64,000 nt of DNA, from positions 245,148,001 to 245,212,000 of the forward strand of contig OZ024740.1 in NCBI GenBank assembly GCA_964016885.1. Reading direction: 5' to 3'. Within the stretch, counting starts at the first letter, position 1. Each line of letters begins with the position of its first letter. The position numbers and the translations under genes were made by a program. The notes below the pieces were generated by a model that saw only the letters and a program-made list of their open reading frames with translations, did not search any database and was not told where the DNA came from. Positions 54,472 through 64,000 of the stretch are shown piece after piece. This DNA comes from Eledone cirrhosa. Lineage: Eukaryota.

Positions 54472-57400
54472 GTGACCCGGTCAAACAGCTAACAACAACA
54501 CCATAATAACTATTGTCGTTGTATCTCTAAACTCTCTCAAAATGTTTAGTTTAAACGATGTCAAATAATAATATTTGAAAAATTACAGAACAGAACACAG
54601 ACAAAAACAAACGCAACAGCAAAAGAAAAACAAATTTCAAAAGTTTTGAACGCAGCACCCCTACCTCCCTCCTGGCTATGACTACGAGCTTAGCGTAGCT
54701 AAAATCAAAAACAACAGCAGCAGCAACAACAACACTAGTCACCGATGTTACTGACGTTGAAAGTCAGACATTCAAACAATACAATGTATAAACTTATGTA
54801 TATTTTTATGTTTTTATTTATTTATTTGATTATTTATTTATGTTCGTCTACAGCGTGATGGTGCCACGCTAAAATCACTGGGTGTGATGAAATCACCGGT
54901 GGCTATGTAACCATACATTCACCAATCCTCGATATGAGTGTTTAAATGTCGAACCTAAACAGTTCGAATAACGGTGAAGAGGAGACTGGAACGACATGTG
55001 ACAGACTCTCACCCAGCAAGTGCTCCCTGGCCCAGCAGCAGGGACCTGGCTGTCATCCAAATACTGCTGGTGTTGGAGGAAGAAGTAGGAAAGGGACAAG
55101 AGCCAATTGGACGAAAGAATTGAATAGAACTGTCATGAAATGTTACCTGAAGAGTAACTCCACGGAAAAAGGCTATAGGAAACGGATGCATAACATCTGG
55201 AACGAGATTGGTCTATTTAAATTAGATGCACAAAAATTGACCGGGTAGGCTCGGGTAATAAGAACTAATGGATGGATAAGCGAGCTGGAACTGGAGGAAC
55301 TGAGCAGAGAGATTAAGTTGGAAATGGAGAGTGGAGTATGTCAGGCAAACGAGCCAGTGGAAAATGAATGTGAAGAGGTTGAGTGACGTGAGGAAGCATC
55401 CGAAGCAGACAATAATCTGAATGCTGAAATAAATAACATCTGGATCAAAGATACGGCCATTGAGGAAATGAATGCTGACGGGCTAGGACAAGATTTGGTT
55501 GATATCCTGAACTTAGTGGTAGATTAAATGAACAATGATAGTGGAAAACCTATGAACCTAAGATTTGTAGACAGGAAAAAGTTAAAAGAAACAACAGCTA
55601 AGGTAAACAAAGTCATCCCATATCTTGAGGCGAGGAACCAATGCAACACTATCCTCAAAGCAACCGCAAATGCGGTGAGGGAATTACTTGGCATAAAAAC
55701 GAGAGAAAACAACAAACAAGAAAGATCAGAACCTTGGTGGAAGAAACGACTGAATGGTCAAATCAAGGAAATGAGAAAAGACATTGGAAAGCTTGAGACC
55801 TTACTGAATGGGACATTACAAAATATAGACACTAAAGATAGATTGGAAATAAAATACAAAACTAGGGGGAAAAAGCTAAATATTATCATAGAGGAACTGA
55901 AGCAACGCATTGTAGCAAAAAGTTCAAAGATTAGGCGGTATGAGAACAGAGTCAGTCAGTATAGACAGAACCGCATGTTTGACAACAACCAGAAGATGTT
56001 GTTTGGACAGCTTGAAGGGAAAGAAAGAGGCAACGACGTGATCCCTGAGGCGGAACAGACTAAGACATTCTGGAGAGGAATATGGGAGCAGGATGTTGAA
56101 CATAATAATCAGGCAGTGTGGATTGAGACAGTTCAAATGGAGATCAGTGAACAGGCACACCAGCAACCTGATTTGAGTATCACAGTTGAAACTCTTAAAG
56201 GGCAGGCCAAAAAACTAACCAACTGGAAATCACCAGGCCCAGATGGTGTGCAAGGGTATTGGATTAAAAACATAACATCCCTCCACCCGAAACTGACAAC
56301 CTTGTTCAATGACTGCTTGATGTCGGGAGAAGTACCAGAGTGGTTGACAAAAGGTACCACAGTTCTGGTAATGAAAGACCGAATCAAGAGTAGTGATGCT
56401 ACCAACTATAGGCCCATCATATGTCTGTACGTAATGTGGAAACTGTTAACAAGCATTGTGTCTGAGGAAATCTACCATCACCTCCACATAAACAACTTGC
56501 TACCGGACGAACAGAAAGGATGGCGAAAGAAGTCCCATGGTACAAAAGACCAGTTACTTATTGATAAGATGATAATGAGGAATTACAAGATGAGGCACAC
56601 TGGTCTTGCCATGGGATGGATAGATTACAAAAAGGCATTCGAGATGGTACCTCATTCTTGGATAACCAATAGCCTAGAGATCTTCAAGGTGGCAGATAAC
56701 ATCAGACAGTTGTTGAGCGAAAGTATGAAGTCCTGGGAAACAGAGTTAACATCAACTGGAGAATCCTTGGTAGGGTGAAGATCAAGAGAGATATCTTCCA
56801 GGGAGATAGTTTGTCCCCTCTGCTGTGTGTCCTTGTCCTGATACTCCTGACCGTTATATTGCGAAAAGTGAGAGCAGGACACAAGTTGGGAAAAGGAGAG
56901 CTTACCATCAACCACCTCCTCTTCGTGGACGATCTTAAACTCGTCCATAAAGAGGAGGTGGATGCACTTGTTGACACTGTCCGTGTTTTCAGCAATAATA
57001 TATGTATGCAATTTGGTATTAATAAGTGTGGAGTCCTAGTGATGAAGAGGGGTAAATTGAGCAGAAGCAACGGAATCCAGGTACCAACACATGAGATGAT
57101 AAAGGAAATTGACACTGAGGAGAGATACAAATATTTAGGTGTTCTGGGAGCAGATGACATCAAGAACAAACAAAAAAATGAAGGAATTGATAAGATCTGA
57201 GTACATAAGGAGAGTAAGGAGCGTATTAAAATCACGTCTAAATAGTAGGAATGTCATAAGTGCAGTGATTTCCCGAGCTGTGTCTATTATTAGGTACAGT
57301 GCGGGAATTCTAAAATGGAATGTTGCTGAACAAAAAGAAATGGATAGGAAAACTAAGAAGCTATTGACTATCTACAACATGTTCCACAAGAGGAGTGGTG

Positions 57401-58451
57401 TCGATAGACTCTACTTAAAGAGATCTGAAGGTGGCAGAGGTTTTATCAGCATAGAGGACTGTGTTCAGATGGAGAAAAACAACCTGCACAAATACGTGAC
57501 TGACAGTAGGGATTCAATGCTCAAAATTGTACTGAAGGAGAGAACAATAGATCAGGGGATGTCCAAGGAGGAAATAACAACAAGGAGGAAGAGCAACCTT
57601 CATAAAAAATCCCTTCATAGTACCTTCTTTAAGAAAACTGAATTCAGAGATCCACAGACATGGAACTGGTTAAAAAGAGGAGACCTTAAAAAGGCTACAG
57701 AAGAAATGCTAATGGCTGCGTAAGAGCAGGCCCTCAGAACGAAGTGGGTGAAACATCATATTTACAAGGAGGAGGCTAGCCCACTGTGTAGGATCTGTGG
57801 AGAGAGAGAGGAGACTGTGGCTCACATTGTATCCGAGTGTAACCACCTAACGCAGACTCACTATAAAGGCTGGAGACATGATGTAATAGGCAGGGTGATC
57901 CACTGGCATCTATGCAAAGTAAACAATTTACCACATTCTGAGAAGTGGTATGAGCATAAGCCAGAGTCGGTGATAGAAGACGATCAGGTGAAGGTGCTGT
58001 GGGATTTTAGGATACAGACGGACAAGAAACTGGAACACAATAGGCCTGACCTGGTGGTTTTGGACAAGGAAAAAAGATCGTGCCTGATTGTAGATGTAGC
58101 CTGCCCATTCGACACGAGAGTGCAAGAGAAGGAGAGGGAGAAAATTAACCGATACCAGGACTTAAAGTGGGAGTTAAAAAGGATTTGGAACTGCAATGAA
58201 ATCAAGGTCGTTCCGATTGTCATAGGCACACTAGGTACTATCTCAAAGAGTTTCCAGGGATGGTTAAAGAAGATTAGTCCAGCCCCGTTTTTTGGAACAT
58301 TTCAAAAGGCATGCTTGCTGGGAACAGCAAGAACCCTCCGATACGCCCTAAATATCTGAGGCTGCAGTTAGCGGCTTGATATTCATTTCAACAAACTTTC
58401 CAGTTAAATAACATCAATGACTGAGACTCAAAGAACAATAATAATAATAAT
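54472..58451 (+). mobile_element. Near full-length R4/Dong-like RLE retrotransposon (second family), several stops and frameshifts
   Basis: N-terminal WTKELNRTVMKCY...GYRKRMHNIW; RT KSPGPDG, NYRPII, IDYKKAF, IFQGDSLSP, FVDD, YKYLG; CRICG..ETVAHIVSEC; RHD; RPD..D...EK..Y RLE; (TAA)n at both ends. 5' boundary uncertain. Confidence 0.88.
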
Positions 58452-59045
58452 GCTTTCTTTATTAACCACAAGGGTTTACACAAAGTAAGACATTAAGGAC
58501 AGTACAGGACAATACAGGACAATACAGGACGGTACAAATGGGCATTTCTGCGTGTAAAAAATAAAAACAGAGGATGTAACAAAAAAAGAAACAAAGCAAA
58601 ATTCCCCAATAGGGGGGAGACTTCCGAGGGACATTCGTGGAGAAAGCCCATTAAACAAGCCACGGTGACCCCGACCACCAGGGCAAGTGCCCTCTCCCAG
58701 TTTTCCGCCTTCAATTTACATCTCGGACACGCCCGCCTGACGGCACCTCCATGCCTGTAGAGTTTATCCCGAACTGGAAAAGCTCCTCGGTAGCACTGCA
58801 AGGCCAAAGATTTCTGGAAGTTGTCCATGAGTCCCGGCCTGAAAGTACTCCCGAAGAGATTGGCTAGTTGGTTTCGTCGACGCCCAGAGTCTCCCCAAGG
58901 ACGTCGTCGCTCTTTCCTACACTAACCCTTTATAGAACGCCAAGGTGGAGTTTCCACCGATCGCATTGCCTGATTAGTCGAGGGCTGTAAGCGCCTAAAG
59001 ATATACCAGTTTCCAAGTGCTCCCTCTCGGTCTTCGCTTGACCCT
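58452..59045 (-). mobile_element. Truncated Tx1 copy with an internal deletion joining CPRC directly to the ORF2 stop / 3' UTR
   Basis: Junction at ~58716-58720 TTTAC|ATCTCGGAC; MDNFQKSLALQCYRG. Confidence 0.85.
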
Positions 59046-59258
59046 AAACCACAGAGGGTTTACAAAAAATACATATTAAGGACGGTACAGGATGGTACAG
59101 GACGGTACAAATATGGGTTTCTGTGTGTAAAAAAAGGGGATACAAAAACAAAGTATGTAACAAAAAATGGAAACAAAGAAAAAATCCCCAATAGGGGGGG
59201 ACCACCGAGGGTTACACGTGGAGAAAACCCACAAAAGCCATGATGACTCTGATCACCT
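59046..59258 (-). mobile_element. Isolated 3' UTR of another Tx1 subfamily
   Basis: CAGGACGGTACAA, CCCCAATAGGGGGG and GTGGAGAAAACCCAC motifs shared with the other 3' UTRs. Confidence 0.75.
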
Positions 59259-59776
59259 CCAATCTGATGCGAACTTGCAAATACACACACACAAACAGAC
59301 ACATACACACTCATATACAAAATGTGACATCGTGTTGGTGGTGGTGGTGGTATAGGTTCACATGTAGACTCGCGTCTAAGAGTTTACATGTTAAAACATA
59401 TCCGAGGAGCTTCCGATTCCAGAGTCAGGATCGATCATTAATTGATCGTTCCTCGAGCTGATTGACAGTGAAACATATGTAATATGTAATTAAATATGTA
59501 TATGATGCAACACTGATTATGTGTTCGCTCATATATATATATATGCTACTGTACGTCTATATACATATATGTATGTACGTATACATACATACTTACATTT
59601 AAGTAAGTGCCATACTAAGAGTGAGAAATGAAATTTCGTTTTCAATTTTTTTCAACTTATCGTTTTCGGTATGCCTGACCGATTTAACTCACTCAATGCA
59701 AATTAGGCTGCTCAGCCGTTAATTTTCATAAGGAAAGTATATACTTTCGAACGTTCAACTATCTGGCAGATGGGTA

Positions 59777-59821
59777 AACGGTGCTGATGATAGCTAACAA
59801 GCTTGAAACTAGTACATCGTT
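59777..59821 (+). ncRNA. Minimal type I hammerhead ribozyme
   Basis: Stem I AACGGTG/CATCGTT; core CTGATGA; stem II AGCT-AACA-AGCT (U.U at its base); GAAA; palindromic stem III ACTAGT; predicted cleavage after GTA at 59814. Confidence 0.8.
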
Positions 59822-60073
59822 CCTGTGTCAGTGTTGAACAAAAAGGTGACGTGGTTGCCTTAACACCGTATGGCATAAATTCAGGCTGTTCAGTCTGTTT
59901 ACAAACGAACAAAGCGGCGTTATAATCAGCGTCCGCTAAACTGATGCGTGCATATATGTATGTGTACCTGTATGTATATATATATATATGTATGTAACGA
60001 AGGAAATGTGGTAAGGAACCAGGTGGACCATAACGCACCAAAGTACTCAATACTTGAGGTAGTAGAGTGGGTA

Positions 60074-60189
60074 ATAGGAACCAGTAAGACCCCGACAGCT
60101 GAGCTCAAGCCGTTTCGACGGCTAATTCTGTCCAGAATTAGCCGTCGAAACGGCTTGAGCTCAGCTGTCGGGGTCTTACTGGTTCCTAT
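60074..60189. repeat. Perfect palindrome, 57-bp arms, 2-nt spacer (TC at 60131-60132)
   Basis: Direct reading; left arm extends unpaired to ~59992. Confidence 0.95.
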
Positions 60190-60194
60190 ATATG

Positions 60195-60252
<58 letters not shown>

Positions 60253-60443
60253 TGCTACTGTACGTCTGTATACATATATGTATGTACGTATACATACATA
60301 CTTACATTTAAGTAAGTGCCGTATGGCATAAATTCAGGCTGTTCAGTTTGTTTACAAACGAACAAAGCGGCGTTATAATAAGCGTCCGCTAAACTGATGC
60401 GTGCATATATGTATGTGTACCTGTATGTATATATATATATATG

Positions 60444-60498
<55 letters not shown>

Positions 60499-60711
60499 CG
60501 TTTCTGAATTTGTTTAGCAAGATTCTTTATCTGAAATCGTGTGTTGAAACCGATATTGTTATACTTTGGGAGGGTCATGTTGCCAATAAGAAACACACGC
60601 ACCAGTTGCTTTCACTTCAATTTAATTTAATATATATTTATAAATTTACAAATTTATAAATTTCTGGTTGGTTGGTTGGTTCCACAACCAGATAGTTGTT
60701 TATATATATAT

Positions 60712-60756
60712 AGTCATAGTTCTTTCGTCACACACTCTGTGACCTCTTCAGTGACT
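60712..60756 (-). ncRNA. Minimal type I hammerhead ribozyme (mirror copy)
   Basis: Exact reverse complement of 60873-60917. Confidence 0.7.
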
Positions 60757-60872
60757 GGGGATTTCTTTCTTCGTTTCTGTGCCTTTCCTTTCTTCTATCC
60801 TACGCCATTTTTCTGGAAAAATGGCGTAGGATAGAAGAAAGGAAAGGCACAGAAACGAAGAAAGAAATCCCC

Positions 60873-60917
60873 AGTCACTGAAGAGGTCACAGAGTGTGTG
60901 ACGAAAGAACTATGACT
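60873..60917 (+). ncRNA. Minimal type I hammerhead ribozyme
   Basis: Stem I AGTCA/TGACT; core CTGAAGA plus one extra G; stem II GTCACA-GAGTG-TGTGAC; GAAA; short stem III GAAC; cleavage triplet CTA. Confidence 0.72.
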
Positions 60918-61068
60918 ATATATATATAAACAACTATCTGGTTGTGGAACCAACCAACCAACCAGAAATTTATAAATTTGTAAATTTATAAATATATATT
61001 AAATTAAATTGAAGTGAAAGCAACTGGTGCGTGTGTTTCTTATTGGCAACATGACCCTCCCAAAGTAT

Positions 61069-61141
<73 letters not shown>

Positions 61142-61292
61142 TGCTACTGTACGTCTGTATACATATATGTATGTACGTATACATACATACTTACATTTAA
61201 GTAAGTGCCATACTAAGAGTGAGAAATGAAATTTCGTTTTCATTTTTTTTCAACTTATATATATATATGTATATATATATAATGATTAATGA

Positions 61293-61369
<77 letters not shown>

Positions 61370-61434
61370 TATGTATACGTACATACATATATGTATACAG
61401 ACGTACAGTAGTATGTGTATATAAATGCATACAT

Positions 61435-61482
<48 letters not shown>

Positions 61483-61598
61483 GTATGAATTCACCGAACA
61501 TGTATTATAATGCTCGGTGTGTTTGTAAACAAACATCCCGAGTTAAGCCGTACAGTGTCTAGCAACCATCGTTGCTCGTTTGTTCAACAGACAAAGGA

Positions 61599-61641
61599 AC
61601 GCTGTACAAGTTTCAAGCTTATTAGCTATCGTCAGCAACGT
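61599..61641 (-). ncRNA. Minimal type I hammerhead ribozyme
   Basis: Minus strand ACGTTG-CTGACGA-TAGCTAATAAGCTT-GAAA-CTTG-TA-CAGCGT. Confidence 0.78.
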
Positions 61642-62312
61642 ATACCTTCCTGCCAGATTGTTGAACGTATATACTTTCCTTATGCATATTAACGGCTGAG
61701 CAGCCTAATTTGCATATCGAGTGAGTTAATCGGCCGGGGTACCGAAAACGATAAACGGAAAAAATGAAACGAAATTTCCTTTCCCACTCTTAGTACGGCT
61801 GTTACTTAAATATAACTATGTATACGCACATACATATATGTATACAGACGTACAGTAGTATGTATATATATATACATACATGCACACATATATATATGTA
61901 CGTATGGATTCACCGAACATTTATTATAATGCTCGGTGTGTTTGTAAACAAATGAGCAACGATGGTTGCTAGACACTGTACGGCTTAATTCGGGATGTTT
62001 GTTTACAAACACACCGAGCATTATAATAAATGTTCGGTAAACCCATACGTACATATATATATGTGTGCATGTATGTATATATATATACATACTACTGTAT
62101 GTCTGTATACATATATGTATGTACGTGTACATACTTATATTTAAGTAACAGCCGTACTAACAGTGAGAAATGAAATTTCGTTTCATTTTTTCCGTTTATC
62201 GTTTTCGGTACCCCGGCCGATTAACTCACTTGACATATTAGGCTGCTCAGTCGTTAATATGCATAAGGAAAGTATATACTTTCAGACGTTCAACCATCTG
62301 GCAGGAAGATAT

Positions 62313-62355
62313 ACGTTGCTGACGATAGCTAATAAGCTTGAAACTAGTACAGCGT
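62313..62355 (+). ncRNA. Minimal type I hammerhead ribozyme
   Basis: ACGTTG-CTGACGA-TAGCTAATAAGCTT-GAAA-CTAG-TA-CAGCGT; palindromic stem III. Confidence 0.82.
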
Positions 62356-62588
62356 TCCTTTGTCCGTGTTGAACAAATTTAATTCGGGATGTTTGTTTAC
62401 AAACACACCGAGCATTATAATAAATGTTCGGTGAATCCATACGTACATATTATATGTAGTCATGTATGTATATATATATATACATACTACTGTACGTCTG
62501 TATACATATATGTATGTACGTATACATACTTATATTTAAGTAACAGCCGTACTAACAGTGAGAAATGAAACTTCGTTTCATTTTTTCC

Positions 62589-62645
<57 letters not shown>

Positions 62646-62754
62646 GGTGGACATGTTTGTATTGATAAAGAGTAAATGAAAAATAAAATTTATGGAAGCT
62701 TTATGGCTTTAATGTTTATATTCACACACACACAGACGCGCGCACACACACGAG

Positions 62755-62815
<61 letters not shown>

Positions 62816-63849
62816 TAATGCATGTGTGTGTGCGCGCGTGCATAAACGTGTCTTTGTGTGCATGTACGCGCGTGTCAGTATTTTAGTTCTGGAAGCCTGT
62901 CTTGTATGTCAGGATATTTTTCTCCGTTGACATTTAAACTCTAATATACAGCAGTAATATAAAGATGGTGTTTATCATAATATATATGAAGTGTGTGTGT
63001 TTAAAAAAGAAGGAGAGGGAGAAAATAGTTGTGGGGTAAGGGTGAATATTTTGAAATGCATGTCTTATAAAAGTCACTCAGTGCATGTTCCTCTAAAAGG
63101 AAAAAAAAACATATCTGTAGGTCATTGAGTTCAATTCACGACTCATCTCTATAAGTGAAACAACAGCTGTAACCGATACGCCTGATGTTTTATATCCGAA
63201 TAGAAGCGAAGAAGCAACTGGGTGAGTTGCTCAGTCAAGCTTTTTTCGTCGTCACAAATCTGGTTCCAATCCACACTACACATGAAATTAGAGAAGCTAG
63301 ATCTCATTTATTAATATAACAATATATGAATAACAGGTTTTATTCTAATTAACGTTGTTTGCATTGCTTTTACACGTACGTCAATAACTTGTAAAAGACG
63401 AAAGTTAACTGGCTCCACTATTTGTCAAAATCCTTTACGTTCTTTCCTCTACTAAACTGAGAAATACTTTAAACAGCTAAACAGCGTGCACTATACTTCC
63501 TCCTCTTTATCAAGACTACAGTCTGAACTATTACTTCGAGGTCTTTTTAATTACTAATCTTTAATGTTTCACAAGAAATATCAAAGAAACGACTCTAACT
63601 TCCTCATTAGTTTCCCGAAAATATTATACAGTCAAGGCATTAACATATATATATATATATATAATGTATATATACAGATCCGTAACTCCTGTTGGAATCA
63701 TAGAGGCGCCGTCGTGTCATAGGGTGACTCTTGGGTAATTTAAACATGGCGGAGCCCATCCTTTTCCTTGTCTGAACGATTATTTCCAGAGACAGAGAGA
63801 GGGAGGGGGTAATAAACGAGAAAGTAAGAAAGTGATATAAAGACGAATC

Positions 63850-63990
63850 AACCCAGTACTGGACTGGTACTTTTTTTTATCGATGTTGAAAGAATGAAAA
63901 GTAAAGTTGACTTGGGTGAGATTTGAACTGGGAGCCAGAAGGAATATCACATAAAACCGTTAGATCATCGGACAAACGTTTAGCAGTAAA
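63850..63990 (-). mobile_element. Degraded tRNA-derived SINE
   Basis: CTGGTACTTTT..TATCGA..GAATGAAAAGTAAAGTTGAC..GATTTGAACT. Confidence 0.65.
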
Positions 63991-64000
63991 TGTTGTGAGT

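Larger units (their letters stand above)
60553..61076. repeat. Perfect palindrome, 261-bp arms, 2-nt spacer (TG at 60814-60815); PLE pseudo-LTR-like
   Basis: Direct reading; each arm carries a hammerhead motif and an ATG; flanked by (TA)n. Confidence 0.93.
59540..62592. mobile_element. Cluster of ORF-less ~430-bp hammerhead-containing repeats (retrozyme-like; two subfamilies) with nested palindromic inserts
   Basis: Subfamily alpha: 59540-59990, internally deleted copy 60250-60450, partial 61139-61258. Subfamily beta: 61366-61951 (minus) and 61952-62592 (plus). Confidence 0.75.

Overview
Eukaryotic, repeat-saturated DNA with no recognisable host protein-coding gene. The repeat content suggests a cephalopod (octopus-like) genome, which is an inference. 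Contents: (i) Tx1-type (L1-clade) LINEs, including one apparently intact two-ORF element (852-6881, minus), a second full-length frameshifted copy (45211-51075, plus) and several truncated or decayed copies; (ii) R4/Dong-type and CRE-type RLE retrotransposons, RTE/BovB and CR1 fragments, and Penelope-like element (PLE) RT and GIY-YIG fragments; (iii) a non-autonomous Helitron, a foldback, many tRNA-derived SINEs and long microsatellites. Two unexplained systems stand out. First, 59.5-62.6 kb holds a cluster of ORF-less ~430-bp repeats and perfect palindromes carrying five minimal type I hammerhead ribozyme motifs, nested in (TA)n tracts; this is a retrozyme/PLE-like system. Second, a community of elements is centred on (TAA/TTA)n microsatellites: a Tx1 LINE and a SINE share a similar 3' end and the same ATTAT target, and Dong-like elements use the same tracts in the opposite polarity. 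Boundaries of degraded elements are approximate, and identities are estimated by eye.
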